Of a stretch of DNA of 64,000 nt, positions 19,402 through 29,954 are shown in pieces. The position numbers and the translations under genes were made by a program. The notes beneath the pieces were generated by a model that saw only the letters and a list, made by a program, of their open reading frames with translations, was not told the DNA's origin and ran no database searches. Every line of letters starts with the position of its first letter. Within the stretch, counting starts at the first letter, position 1. The stretch comes from Candidatus Latescibacterota bacterium (lineage in GTDB: Bacteria > Latescibacterota > UBA2968 > GCA-2709665). The stretch lies in NCBI GenBank assembly GCA_965248435.1, contig OZ252100.1:1504001-1568000 (forward strand). The letters are read 5' to 3'.

Positions 19402-20565
19402 CTACCCACCTCCAAAAGCCTCCTTCATCCGCTCGAAGAAACGCTTTCCAACACTGGGGGGCTGAATGTTCTCCATTTCGGCCAACTCCTTGAACAGGTC
19501 CTCTTCGTGCTTGTTCAGCTTCTTGGGCGTCCAGACCACGGTCCGCACGATCTGATCCCCGGTCCGATATCCGTTCAGCTCGGGGATACCCTTGCCCCTC
19601 AACCGAAAGAGCTGTCCGGACTGAGTGCCGGAGGGAATCTTCATCTGCACTTTACCCGTGAGTGTCATCACCTCTACCTCGTGCCCCAGTGCGGCCTGGC
19701 TAAAGCTGATCGGCAGGTCCAGCAGGATATCGATCCCGTTCCGCTCGAAAAACTCGTGTTCCTCCTCCTCGATGTAGACCAGTGTGTCGCCCTCGGGCCC
19801 ACCCCGCGGCCCTACGTTTCCCTGACCGCGCAGGTTGATATAATTTCCCTCGGAAACGCCCGCAGGAATCTTCACCGTGATGGTGGAGGTCTTCTTTTCC
19901 CGGCCGTCTCCCCTGCAGGAAGGGCACGGATTCTTGATGATCGTACCTTCCCCCCGGCACTGAGGACAGATCGCCACATTCACAAACTGGCCGAACAGGG
20001 AGCGGCTGGCTTGACGCACCTGACCCACCCCACCGCAGGTATCGCAAGTTGCAGGTTCGGACCCCGAGTTTGCCCCCGATCCACTGCAGGTATCGCACTT
20101 CTCGAGACGGGACAGTTTGATCTTCTTTTCTGTATCTCTCGCTACTTCCTCCAGCTTGAGCTTCAATGCGAGTTTGAGATCTTCCCCCGACTGAGGGCCC
20201 CGGCGGCCACCCCCTCGGCGTCCGAAGATATCGCCGAAAATCCCGCCACCGAAAATATCGTCCAGGTTCGAAAACACGTCCTGAAAATCGCCGGCGTGCG
20301 TAAAGTCGGACCACTGGAACCCACCCGTTCGGAAAGGTCCTCCTAACCCCTGGTGACCGTATCGGTCGTAGATGTTGCGTTTTTCGGGTTCACTCAGAAC
20401 CTCGTATGCCTCCGCTGTTTCCTTGAACTTCTCCACCGCTTCATCATTTCCGGGGTTCCGATCTGGATGATACTTGAGGGCCTGCTTACGATAAGCCTTC
20501 TTGATTTCATTCTCAGAGGCGTCCCGATTCACACCCAGTACTTCGTAATAGTCGCGCCTGCTCAT
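19402..20565 (-). CDS. dnaJ: Molecular chaperone DnaJ
   Basis: J domain with HPD, G/F-rich region, four CxxCxGxG repeats. Confidence 0.97.
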   Translation of the reverse strand: MSRRDYYEVLGVNRDASENEIKKAYRKQALKYHPDRNPGNDEAVEKFKETAEAYEVLSEPEKRNIYDRYGHQGLGGPFRTGGFQWSDFTHAGDFQDVFSNLDDIFGGGIFGDIFGRRGGGRRGPQSGEDLKLALKLKLEEVARDTEKKIKLSRLEKCDTCSGSGANSGSEPATCDTCGGVGQVRQASRSLFGQFVNVAICPQCRGEGTIIKNPCPSCRGDGREKKTSTITVKIPAGVSEGNYINLRGQGNVGPRGGPEGDTLVYIEEEEHEFFERNGIDILLDLPISFSQAALGHEVEVMTLTGKVQMKIPSGTQSGQLFRLRGKGIPELNGYRTGDQIVRTVVWTPKKLNKHEEDLFKELAEMENIQPPSVGKRFFERMKEAFGGG

Positions 20566-21191
20566 TCATCCTTCCCGGATTCAGTTTCCTGTTGTGCTTC
20601 AGCTTTTCCTCGGCTCACAACCACCTTGGTCGCCCGAAGGACCCTTTTCCCGAGACAGTAGCCCTTTTGGGCCACTTCGGCGACCGTCCCGGAATCGTAC
20701 TCATCCGAATCGACCTGCATCAGGGCTTCGTGGTAGTGGGGGTCAAACGGCTTGCCGAGCGCATCGATCTCGGAAAGCCCTCGGTTCTGAAGTATCTTGG
20801 GCAGCTGCTGCATGATCATCTTGACCCCTTCCCGAAACTCTTCTCCCTCGTCTTGTTCTTCACCACCATGAGCGAGCGCCCTGTCCACCGAATCCAGCAC
20901 AGGTAAGAGATCGCGGAGAACGTCTTCGTTGGCCGTCCCGACGAGAGTTTCAAATTCACGGGCGATTCGTTTCTTGTAATTTTCAAACTCGGCGGCCAGC
21001 CTCATCCACCGGTCTTTGTAGGCCTCAGCCTCCTTTTTTGCCTCCTCTAAAGGATCACTTTCCGGAACGGCCTCCTCGGACTGATCTTCAGCCCCATCCG
21101 TTTCTGGCGATGGCGACCCTTCAGTCTCCTCCCTGTTCTCGAGAACCACGTCCTCGTTGCTTGGGTCTTCCTGAACGTCACGGCCTTCCAT
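20562..21191 (-). CDS. grpE: Nucleotide exchange factor GrpE
   Basis: '[12 protein letters not shown]', 'LLPVLD', 'FDPHYHEA', 'QKGY...VLR..KVVV'. Confidence 0.95.
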   Translation of the reverse strand: MEGRDVQEDPSNEDVVLENREETEGSPSPETDGAEDQSEEAVPESDPLEEAKKEAEAYKDRWMRLAAEFENYKKRIAREFETLVGTANEDVLRDLLPVLDSVDRALAHGGEEQDEGEEFREGVKMIMQQLPKILQNRGLSEIDALGKPFDPHYHEALMQVDSDEYDSGTVAEVAQKGYCLGKRVLRATKVVVSRGKAEAQQETESGKDE

Positions 21192-21306
21192 AAAAGGTTG
21201 AGACCTCCCTACGCGTCAAAATTGAAAATTCGCCCCCTGGATGGAGAGCGATTCTGTCGTGAACATCCCGAATTTAAGCTTCGCGGAAAGTTACTGCGGG
21301 AAGGAT

Positions 21307-22338
21307 TCAGTTCGCGAGCATTTCCTCTGTGATTCCAGCGACGTATTCAACCAAAGGAACCAGGTTGGCATACTGAATTCGTGTGGGCCCGATCACGCCG
21401 ATAAGACCGGAAACGTTACCAACGCGATAGCGGGAGGTCAGGAGGCTGCAGCCTCGGAGTTCAGGAGAGGTATGTTCGTTTCCAATCGTGATCGTGATCC
21501 CTTCAGAATTCATGCGTTCATCCAGGATCGTTACGATGGGCTCACGTTTCTCGAGGAACTCGAACAGCGCAGCAAGACCCTCCTGGTCTTCGCTGAACTC
21601 GCGCTGCAGGAAGAAATTCCCGGTTCCCCCAAGATGCAGGTCTTCCCCACCCCTGAAGTTGAACAGGGTCTCCGCCCGTTCCCAGATCAGACGCAGCAGT
21701 CTCGGCGACCCGCGTGAAATTTCGCGTAATCGCTCCTGCACGGACCTTCGAATCTCGCCAATCGATAAGCCCGAAAGCCTTTCGTTTATGGCACGATTTG
21801 TCTCGTCCAGCTCTGAAGCTTGAATGGCCGAATCCACTTCGATAACCATCGTCTTCACGAGCCCGGACTCGATCGCCAGCACGATCAGCATCTTCGATTC
21901 AGACAGGCGAAGCATCTCGATACGCTGAAAGACCCCACCTTCGAACCCGGGTGCGAGCGCCACGCCCAGATTATGTGTCACGTCGGCGATCACCCTCGAT
22001 ACCTGCTCCAGCAGGCTTTCGATGTTCCCGTCGCGCTGGCGCATCTCAACGCTCTTTCGGATCAGCTGCCGCACCTCTTTCGTCAGCTCCTGCTGCGCCA
22101 TCAATTCATCTACGTAATGTCTGTAACCCTTGTCGGTGGGGATGCGCCCGGCTGAGGTATGCGGATGAGACAGGTAACCTTTATCTTCCAGGTCCGACAT
22201 GGAGTTTCGCACCGTGGCGGCACTCAGATCCAGTCCGGACTTGGCGACGGTCCTTGAGCCGACCGGTTCACCTGTCGAAACGTAGGTCTTGACGAGGATA
22301 TCCAGGATGTGCTTTTCACGCTCAGAAAGACTCGGCAT
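21307..22338 (-). CDS. hrcA: Heat-inducible transcriptional repressor HrcA
   Basis: 'YVSTGEPVGS', 'SAATVRN.M.DLE..GYL..PHTSAGRIPTDKGYR', 'GVIGPTR'. Confidence 0.96.
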   Translation of the reverse strand: MPSLSEREKHILDILVKTYVSTGEPVGSRTVAKSGLDLSAATVRNSMSDLEDKGYLSHPHTSAGRIPTDKGYRHYVDELMAQQELTKEVRQLIRKSVEMRQRDGNIESLLEQVSRVIADVTHNLGVALAPGFEGGVFQRIEMLRLSESKMLIVLAIESGLVKTMVIEVDSAIQASELDETNRAINERLSGLSIGEIRRSVQERLREISRGSPRLLRLIWERAETLFNFRGGEDLHLGGTGNFFLQREFSEDQEGLAALFEFLEKREPIVTILDERMNSEGITITIGNEHTSPELRGCSLLTSRYRVGNVSGLIGVIGPTRIQYANLVPLVEYVAGITEEMLAN

Positions 22339-22448
22339 TGCCGCTCCTTACCAGTGCGATTCTTGGAGTTTGGAATGCGTGGCGGTAAGCGCTAAATCTT
22401 TGCGGCACAATAAACTGTGTTGTGCCTTCCGCATCTGCGATCAAATAA

Positions 22449-22477
22449 ATGATAAGAGAAAGCCCCAGAGTTGTCAA
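22449..22477 (-). promoter_or_regulatory. sigma-70 promoter of the hrcA operon
   Basis: Minus strand TTGACA-N17-TATCAT. Confidence 0.7.
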
Positions 22478-22779
22478 GCGAATTAAACCCCTTCAGAAGC
22501 ACCCGATGGTGACGGCCATTCCCGATAAAGACCTTACTTCCCTGTGACTTGATTGCCCTTCCGGGGCATTCCCAGTGCAGGAAACGAGGCCAGAGTATGG
22601 CAGATATCAGCCACCCGAGACGAGACATTCTTTCCTGTCCTCGTTGAGATTGATAACGTTATCAGCATAATAACAATATGTTATACATCTTGCTGTCTCG
22701 AGCTGTCCGGTGGCACAATACCTGCTTTTTAGCGACCTTGAAGGATCGAAGTCCAGCTTTCGGAAAACCCTTTGACCGA

Positions 22780-23685
22780 ATGGCCAAGACCATGACCAGG
22801 GATGAAGCCACAAAACCCAAAAAAGTCCTCGTGATCGACGATGACGCCGACATCCTTCGGCTCATGGACCACGTCCTCACTCAGGGGTACTACCTGCCCA
22901 TCACGGCTAGTTGCTGGACCGAGGCGCTGGACGCGGTCGAGGACCAGGGTCCCGACCTGTTGATCCTGGATCTCGTCATGCCTCAACTCGACGGTGTGGC
23001 CCTCCTCCACTACCTTAGAGAAAACGGCTCTCCGCTGCCCGTCATTGTCGTCTCTGGCCACTTGAACGCGAAGGTCGCCGAGGATCTGGCCCGTGCTGGA
23101 GTTGACGCATTCATCTCCAAACCCTTTCAGGTCAGAGACCTCGTGAAAGAGATAGAGCGTGTGATCGGCCCGGGGTCACCGGAATGGGTCGAAGGGCCCG
23201 ACGCGGCTATGCTGCAGGAGACCCCAGAACCCCCCATCGCTCCTGGCAATGACGTCCCTCCATTCGAAACGAAGGGCTTGTCTGAGCATCAGACGGTTCT
23301 GCCGCCAGGAAACGGGCCAAACGGAAATTCGGGACCGGCCCTTGTCGATATCGATACGGACTTCGACCCGCCACTACCACCTGAAACGAGCCAGGGTGAA
23401 GAGGACACCGAGCAAAAACCTACTAGGATGCGTCGCCGTCGACGTCGTCGCAAATACCGGCGGAGAAAGCTTGCTTATCTCGGTGCGGTCACGCTCGTAT
23501 GCCTTTTGATTGCCGGGATGATATTTTTGGCCCGGAAGTACGCCCCCCGAATGGATACGGAACAGATCAAACAGAACGTGCAAAAATCCGTCTACGATCA
23601 GCTCCTTCAGGAGCTCAAGAGGGATCAACTTCTGGACGAACTCAGGACGCAGGGCAAGAAAGAAAGCGCAAAACGGCAGAAATAG
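22780..23685 (+). CDS. Response regulator receiver domain fused to a Pro/acidic linker, poly-Arg tract and C-terminal TM helix
   Basis: 'VLVIDDD', 'LILDLVMP', 'VIVVSG', 'FISKPF'; 'RMRRRRRRRKYRRRK' then a hydrophobic helix; start 22780 or 22792. Confidence 0.8.
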   Translation: MAKTMTRDEATKPKKVLVIDDDADILRLMDHVLTQGYYLPITASCWTEALDAVEDQGPDLLILDLVMPQLDGVALLHYLRENGSPLPVIVVSGHLNAKVAEDLARAGVDAFISKPFQVRDLVKEIERVIGPGSPEWVEGPDAAMLQETPEPPIAPGNDVPPFETKGLSEHQTVLPPGNGPNGNSGPALVDIDTDFDPPLPPETSQGEEDTEQKPTRMRRRRRRRKYRRRKLAYLGAVTLVCLLIAGMIFLARKYAPRMDTEQIKQNVQKSVYDQLLQELKRDQLLDELRTQGKKESAKRQK

Positions 23686-23710
23686 GGTTCCCCGAGGACC
23701 CACAACCCAA

Positions 23711-23746
23711 ACAGAAGGCCTCTGCAAACTTGCAGAGGCCTTCTGT
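23711..23746. terminator. Strong hairpin between convergent genes (probable bidirectional terminator)
   Basis: acagaaggcctctgcaa-ac-ttgcagaggccttctgt. Confidence 0.65.
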
Positions 23747-23775
23747 CTTAAGGGCTAAGCGAACGACGGATCTTG

Positions 23776-23916
23776 CGGTACCCGTGTTTTGTCTTCCCGG
23801 TACCCGTGCTTTGCTTTCCCGGTACCCGTGCTTTGCTTTCCCGGTACCCGTGCCCTGCTTTCCCGGTACCCGTGCCCTGCTTTCCCGGTACCCGTGTTTT
23901 GTCTTCCCGGTACCCG
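23776..23916. repeat. Tandem array of six 22-bp units plus a partial seventh, each with a GGTACC core
   Basis: Units CGGTACCCGTG(T/C)(T/C)(T/C)TG(T/C)(C/T)TTCC at 23776, 23798, 23820, 23842, 23864, 23886, partial at 23908. Confidence 0.92.
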
Positions 23917-23926
23917 GTCTTATGTC

Positions 23927-26900
23927 CTACTTCAATAACATCATCTTCTTGACCTCCCCGAATCCTTCAGCCGCCATTCGAACGAAGTAGAGGCCGCTCG
24001 ACACCGAACGTCCGCCCGTATCCCGCCCGTCCCACTGGATTCGGTAATAACCGGCCTCCTGACGGCCCTCCATCAGCAGCCTCACTTCCTGACCCAGGAT
24101 GTTGTAGACCCTCAGGGTCACCTCGGATGCCTCGGGCAGTTGATAGGCGATCTGAGTCACCGGGTTGAACGGATTCGGAAAATTTTGATTCAACGCATAC
24201 GCATCCGGCAGCGCACGCACTTCCGCGGCGTGCGCCCCGACGAGCTCGCGAACCCGACCCAGACCGTCCGATATGAAGGCCTCGGCGATCTCTACACGAC
24301 CCCCCATCGTCTCATCCAGCAGACGGAACTTCAGGCGAACCAGGTCGCCTTCGCCCTGAAGCAGGCCATCCGCTGTGAAGACGTCGGAAAGGACGACCTC
24401 TCCATTCGTAGATGCGTCCTCGATGGCCACCCCGGTCGGGCCAGATCCATCTGTGAATAGTGATGAAGACTGAGCCTCTGCACCCAGCCAGGCCATTGCC
24501 GAAGGATCATAAGTCAACTTGAAGCTGAACCCACCCACCTCGTCAGCTTCATTCAGTCGAACGAGGAGGTCCACTTCTCCGGACTTCTCACTTTGTGTGG
24601 GGACCAGGTTGAGCTCGGCCTTCCCGTTCGGATTCTGAACCGCGGGTAAAACAGGCTTCGTCAACACGATATCCGAGACATTTTTGTTGAAGTTCAAAGA
24701 GAAAGCCACGAAGTCGAAGAAAGAGACGGTCCCGTCCCCGTCCAGATCTGCCCCATCGATAAACTGCGCGTCTCCCTGGGACGATAGGAACGAAGTCCCG
24801 AAACTCACGAAGTCCAGGAACCCGACAAATCCGTCTCCGTCTATGTCTCCGACGCGCACATCCGCGCCCGCTTTACCGATTACCGCAGTGGCGCCACCCG
24901 AGCCGATGTCTAGGAACACCTGATCGGCGCCGATCGCAAACTGCCCGGAGACAATCGTGATACTGGTCTCCTCAGCCGCCAGGAGGTTGAGTGTGAGCGT
25001 GCCCAGACTGCCCGAATCCTTCGTCGCTACATCTGTGCCCAGGAACACGACAGCCAGCGTGACCACCCCGTCATCAGTCACCGGAATGGCCGCCGCTCCT
25101 TCGAATACGTCCGCAGGTTCGAAATCGTCAAATTCCACCAGAGCCGGATCGTGCTCCAAGGTGACCTGAAAACCCGAGGCTCCGAGAATGCCCTCCGTGA
25201 CAGCCAGATCAAGGGTTATTGTTTCACCCACCTCCAGGGCGGCCGATACTCGGCGCTGTCCCTGGTCGCCCGATGTGAGGTCACCGTCCAGGACGACCGG
25301 TCCTTCGGGCGGCTCCGGGGCCTCGACTTCGACCAGGGCAGAGCTCGCGCCCTCGGTCGACACCCTGACGGACACTGTCCCAGTCCCGGTCGCTGCAAGG
25401 GTCGCCTTCGCTTTCCCTCCGGAGGCCGTCAGGGTGACCGACTCCTCGCCGTTGACCGTGGCGTCTCCACCCGACACGACGAACGTGACGTCGGAACTGT
25501 TGTCGTCCGTGAACGGGAGGCCTTCCAGATCGAGCAGTTCGGCAGTGAGGATCGCCTCCTCGATGCCATCTGCTGCGATCGATTCCACGTCGCTGCTCAC
25601 GATGATCTGTTTCGTGGCCGCCTCACCTTCGATCTGGGCGGTCACGTTGGGTTGCAGGGTCTGAGTGCCCGCGCTGCTTTCCAGAACGAGCTGTGTCACC
25701 ACAATATCAGTCGTGCCGGAGAATCCCTCGTTCACCCTGAACGTGAAGAAACCCACGGGCCCCTTGCCCGACACCATCTGGTCCTCCGACGCACCCAGGA
25801 TCACGGCCGACAAGTTGAAAAAGCCCCCGCTGACCGTGGGAATCGACAGCACGAACCCTTCGTTCTGCTCCAGCAGGTGGGGCTCACCCTCTTGATTGAG
25901 CACCGCATCCACAAACGTCACTGCCGTCGGATCGGTTTCGAGCAGCAGATCGACCCCGAACAGGCCCTCCGGACCCTCGAGATAGACCGCCACCGTGAAT
26001 TCACCTCCGGGTTCACCCTGAACGAAGTCCAGTCCCTGGTCATCCAGTGTCGCATCCAGATCGATCGTGACCGGAGAGGCTGCCGCCGAGATCAACTCTA
26101 CTTCCTCGACCTCATCCACTTCCTCCGGTTGAACCACACCAATCGCAATTCCACTCACCGAGTCCCCTGCGGTCACCCCTATCACATCTGGAGCACCATC
26201 ACCATCCGTATCAAGGAAACCGCTGGTTGAGCCGGTGGTCGTCTCGGCTGTGACAAAGAGCGTGTAGTCTCCTTCCGGAAGATCCGTGATCGTGAAACTG
26301 CCGTCCTCCTCGATGCTAGACTGTCCCTCCCGCTCGCCATCGGCGTCCACGGCGATCACTTCCCCGGAGAGACCGACTTCCGACCAATCGACCGTCGCCT
26401 GCTTGGTCGCGGCTGGCTGCGTCGCACCCAATCCCGTAACGTCGATCGTCCCGGTGATGCTGCCCAGCAGCGCCAGTGTCCCGCCGGTGGAGAACTTTGA
26501 AGAGATCGGGCGCGTGAGCGCCTGATTCCTTTCGCCCACCGCACTCACGACCCTGAGCGAGTAAGTCGTTTCACCCGCGATCTCCGCGGGAAAGGCCACG
26601 GTTACACCGTCATCCAGCAGCGTCCCACCCCTCAGGAGCCCCCCTCTGGGACCCGGCTTGAGGAATGCGGTCACGTGGACGAACTCGCCCGACACCTTGA
26701 TCGGTTCCGTGAACGTAATCAGGACTTCACTCGTCACCTCGGGATCCACGCCGGTCTCGCCGTCTGCGGGAACAGTAGACGCCACCGTGAGCCGCTTCGG
26801 TTTGGCCCTGATCAGGAAGGACGCCCTGTCTTCGAGGCCTCGTATCGACGGCACCTGCACCCGGATCTTGTGCCTTCCGGTCCGGAGGTTATTCACGATT

Positions 26901-29815
26901 TCGCCAGAGTTGACTTCCTCAGGTTGAAACTTGTCGAGGAACACCGTCACGGGCAGTGCAAGTTCGACGTCGTCCTGGTCGAGCACCGTAATCAGGATAT
27001 CGTCTGCCGATCCCTCTCCGTCGAAGTCACCGACCTCCACCTGAAGGCTGATCGCGTCGATCGTCTTGATCACCAGGATGCGGAGGGCAGTTCGAACCTC
27101 TCCGGTCTGCTCCCCGTCTACGATCACGCGCTTCCCTTCCAGGTCCTCGAGGTTCTCTATGACGTCTCCCTGAATCTCCAGGCCCTCCGGCACGAAAATC
27201 GGCAGGGGCGGTGCGAACACCAGCTGCAGCCCACCGTCTTCCCCCACCTCGATCGTCACATCAGCACCCGAGATCAGCCGTTCGTCCTTCTTGATGTTCT
27301 TCTTACGGCTGGGATCGAGAATCTGAAGTTGCCGAATGCTGCCATCGAACTTGCTGAGCTTGACCACGACCTGCAAGTCCGACCTTTCGTTCAACAGGTC
27401 ATTGAACCTCTCGAAGGAAACGCGTCTTCCCCGCTCGTTCCCAAACTTGGCCTTCCGATCGATCGGCACCGGGTCCGGAGACCCAAAGGTGATCGTCCGT
27501 TCCGCGATATCCACAGACGCAACGCGTCCCTGATCCCGGAACGGCCTTCCGCCCAGGATGCGGACGATGTCGGCAACAAAGGCAAGCTGTCGACCTTTTC
27601 GTGTGACCGTTCCCGAGACCTCAACGCGCGTGCCGCGCGTCAGGTCTTCAGCCGCAGCCTCGGATTCGTCTGCGAAGACGAGTTCTGTGAGCCGATTCAC
27701 TTGAACCGTCGGTTTCGGGAATGCACGAATCGCGTTGTCAAACTCGAGAATCTGCCGTGCGTCGATCAGACAGAGAAGCGAGCCTCCCTCTGACTCCGTT
27801 GTTTTCGAGGGATCAAAACAATCGAATTCTGGATCCTCCAGATCGCTGAGTGTCGTTCCATCCAGGAAGAACCCTTGATCCGGGTTGTCCGCCAGAAACT
27901 CCTTCAGCTCCGCGAGCGTCAAAACCGTTCCATCCGGCAGCGTGAACTCCGCATCAGGATCGAACGAGACCGGCTCGGGATTCTGGAAGCTCAGCCGACC
28001 GCCGAACCTGTCGAAGAGATCGATCTTGTCCGTGAACAGGAAATCTCCCTGGCGCACGCCTTCGAACAGGATGACGATCCGCGTTGCCTCCACCGTCAGC
28101 GGTTCTGTCTCCTCTCCGAACACGGCCACGAACAGCCCGTCTGTCGTATCCGAGAATTCCACATCCTCCGCATCTTCGAACTCTTCGAGCGCAACCGCCA
28201 CCTTTTTCCCCTTGGGCCGGTCTCTGCCGGAGTTCCCCTTACCTCGACTGATGTCTTGAGGAATAAGGACCCCTCCGTCATCCGGTCTCAGCGACTCCGA
28301 CTGACCTGCATCTCCCTTCACCCGGATCACTTCCGTTTCATCGCCGACCAGCACAGTCCAGGTCTCTTCAGTTCGCTGGTCCTCGACGAGCAGGACTCCG
28401 CCCTCTCGGTCCACATCGACGACGCGTCCTACGACCACCGGCGCCTCTGGTTCCTCTTGCCTGAAGATGACCACGCGCGCGGCGTCGACGGCACGCTCCT
28501 CGTTGCGCTCGCCGAAGACGCGAACATGATCTCCATCTAAAAGGTCGTCGAATGACGCGGATTGGTCTGCAATATTGCCGTCATTCTCATCCAGAGGCTC
28601 GATCCGAAGGAGGAACTCTGTCCCCTCGCTCACGATGACGAGAGTCGCAGACCTCTTCCCCTCCCGAACATTGAACGTCCCGGCATCCTGATCGACGTCC
28701 TCTACAACGCCAGACACGGCCGGGAATGCAAGTCCTGTCTGATCCTCCAGGGACCGGGTAATCAGGATGCGATCGGCCAGGATGGCCCCGGTCTCCGGAT
28801 CCAGCGGTCCATCTACCTTGACCTCGTCTCCGACCTTTAGGTCGGATAGCGTCGTACTCAACTCGACAGGTTCGTCTGAATCTAATTCCGGCTGAAAGAA
28901 CGCTTCCGTCGCGACCTTGGAGGGGCGATTTCCGCCCCCTGGATTGCTATTCCCGGAACCACCTCCTGGATTGTCATTCCCAGGACCGCCTCCGCCGGTT
29001 CCAGTATTCTTGTCCTTGTCCTTGTCCTTAGTATCGGTCCTGTCCGAACCCTTCAGCCGAACGAAGAACTGAGTGTGATCCTGGACGACGACCTCAACAA
29101 GCTCACCCTCCTCCGTCTCGACTGAAAACGTCGAATTCTCCAGGTCGATGGCCGCCACATTGCCCTCTGTGATCAGCCCTTCCTCGTCGTCATCTCCATC
29201 TTCACCATCTTCGTCCCCATCTGCGTCGTCCTCCGCCCCAAGCGCGGCACGCACATCGCTGAGGTTGACCGTCTCGTCATCCCCCGCGATATCGTTCAGC
29301 TCCTCCTGGTCCGCGTCCTCCAGACCTTCCAGAAAGCCGGCGATCTCCAGCTCCGCCTCCTCGTCGTCCCCGAGTTCCTCCGCCATCGCCTCCAATACCT
29401 CGCGAAGCGCGTCGGTCAGATTCTCCTCATCCTCTTCTCCATCTGTCCCCTCATCTCCATCGACTCCGTCTCCCTCGTCCTCCACTCCCAGAGCTTCTTG
29501 CACATCACTCAGATTCACGGTCCCGTCATCCCCCGCGATATCGTTCAGCTCTTCCTGGTCCGCTTCATCCAGACCGGTCAGAAAGTTGGCGATCTCAAGC
29601 TCAAGCTCCGCATCTTCACCCAACTCTTCCTCGATCGACTGCAACACGGCGCGAAGCGCGTCGCTCAACCCTCCTTCTTCAGAATCGTCAGACGTCTGCC
29701 CCAGGGCAACGCCGGTTGTGGTGGCGATAATTACCGTTCCCACGAAGGCGAATGTCAAAAGAGCCACCATAAGGAACAGAACGCTGGTTCGGCTGATGCA
29801 TTTCACTCGTGTCAT
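23927..29815 (-). CDS. Giant secreted acidic protein (1962 aa): duplicated acidic helical/EF-hand-like unit, DUF5666-like repeats, Ig-like domains, cohesin-like domains, dockerin-like module, C-terminal FlgD-Ig/secretion tail
   Basis: Hydrophobic N-terminus; 'L.VGD.V.V.G......A..I.I' repeats; cohesin-like 'GFQVTLEHDP..VEF'; 'GDIDGDGFVGFLDF...DLDGDGTVSFFDF'; 'LNQNFPNPFNP..WDGRD..G..VSSG.YF..KMMLLK'. Confidence 0.85.
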   Translation of the reverse strand: MTRVKCISRTSVLFLMVALLTFAFVGTVIIATTTGVALGQTSDDSEEGGLSDALRAVLQSIEEELGEDAELELEIANFLTGLDEADQEELNDIAGDDGTVNLSDVQEALGVEDEGDGVDGDEGTDGEEDEENLTDALREVLEAMAEELGDDEEAELEIAGFLEGLEDADQEELNDIAGDDETVNLSDVRAALGAEDDADGDEDGEDGDDDEEGLITEGNVAAIDLENSTFSVETEEGELVEVVVQDHTQFFVRLKGSDRTDTKDKDKDKNTGTGGGGPGNDNPGGGSGNSNPGGGNRPSKVATEAFFQPELDSDEPVELSTTLSDLKVGDEVKVDGPLDPETGAILADRILITRSLEDQTGLAFPAVSGVVEDVDQDAGTFNVREGKRSATLVIVSEGTEFLLRIEPLDENDGNIADQSASFDDLLDGDHVRVFGERNEERAVDAARVVIFRQEEPEAPVVVGRVVDVDREGGVLLVEDQRTEETWTVLVGDETEVIRVKGDAGQSESLRPDDGGVLIPQDISRGKGNSGRDRPKGKKVAVALEEFEDAEDVEFSDTTDGLFVAVFGEETEPLTVEATRIVILFEGVRQGDFLFTDKIDLFDRFGGRLSFQNPEPVSFDPDAEFTLPDGTVLTLAELKEFLADNPDQGFFLDGTTLSDLEDPEFDCFDPSKTTESEGGSLLCLIDARQILEFDNAIRAFPKPTVQVNRLTELVFADESEAAAEDLTRGTRVEVSGTVTRKGRQLAFVADIVRILGGRPFRDQGRVASVDIAERTITFGSPDPVPIDRKAKFGNERGRRVSFERFNDLLNERSDLQVVVKLSKFDGSIRQLQILDPSRKKNIKKDERLISGADVTIEVGEDGGLQLVFAPPLPIFVPEGLEIQGDVIENLEDLEGKRVIVDGEQTGEVRTALRILVIKTIDAISLQVEVGDFDGEGSADDILITVLDQDDVELALPVTVFLDKFQPEEVNSGEIVNNLRTGRHKIRVQVPSIRGLEDRASFLIRAKPKRLTVASTVPADGETGVDPEVTSEVLITFTEPIKVSGEFVHVTAFLKPGPRGGLLRGGTLLDDGVTVAFPAEIAGETTYSLRVVSAVGERNQALTRPISSKFSTGGTLALLGSITGTIDVTGLGATQPAATKQATVDWSEVGLSGEVIAVDADGEREGQSSIEEDGSFTITDLPEGDYTLFVTAETTTGSTSGFLDTDGDGAPDVIGVTAGDSVSGIAIGVVQPEEVDEVEEVELISAAASPVTIDLDATLDDQGLDFVQGEPGGEFTVAVYLEGPEGLFGVDLLLETDPTAVTFVDAVLNQEGEPHLLEQNEGFVLSIPTVSGGFFNLSAVILGASEDQMVSGKGPVGFFTFRVNEGFSGTTDIVVTQLVLESSAGTQTLQPNVTAQIEGEAATKQIIVSSDVESIAADGIEEAILTAELLDLEGLPFTDDNSSDVTFVVSGGDATVNGEESVTLTASGGKAKATLAATGTGTVSVRVSTEGASSALVEVEAPEPPEGPVVLDGDLTSGDQGQRRVSAALEVGETITLDLAVTEGILGASGFQVTLEHDPALVEFDDFEPADVFEGAAAIPVTDDGVVTLAVVFLGTDVATKDSGSLGTLTLNLLAAEETSITIVSGQFAIGADQVFLDIGSGGATAVIGKAGADVRVGDIDGDGFVGFLDFVSFGTSFLSSQGDAQFIDGADLDGDGTVSFFDFVAFSLNFNKNVSDIVLTKPVLPAVQNPNGKAELNLVPTQSEKSGEVDLLVRLNEADEVGGFSFKLTYDPSAMAWLGAEAQSSSLFTDGSGPTGVAIEDASTNGEVVLSDVFTADGLLQGEGDLVRLKFRLLDETMGGRVEIAEAFISDGLGRVRELVGAHAAEVRALPDAYALNQNFPNPFNPVTQIAYQLPEASEVTLRVYNILGQEVRLLMEGRQEAGYYRIQWDGRDTGGRSVSSGLYFVRMAAEGFGEVKKMMLLK

Positions 29816-29954
29816 GACAAAATCTCCCCCGAGACTTGTGTTAAAAGAAACGTCTCACAAACAATAAAAATAAACCATTTCTATCGAAACTCCAGCGATT
29901 TCCAAATCGATCCGACGCCGCTTCACACAATTCCGTCTCCACGTCATCGCAGCG

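Noticed and set aside
22370-22396. CIRCE-like TTAGCGCTT-N9-CATTCCAAA upstream of hrcA
   Set aside because: The right arm matches GAGTGCTAA poorly and is not an inverted repeat
23776-23916. 22-bp array as CRISPR
   Set aside because: No unique spacers; a pure tandem repeat
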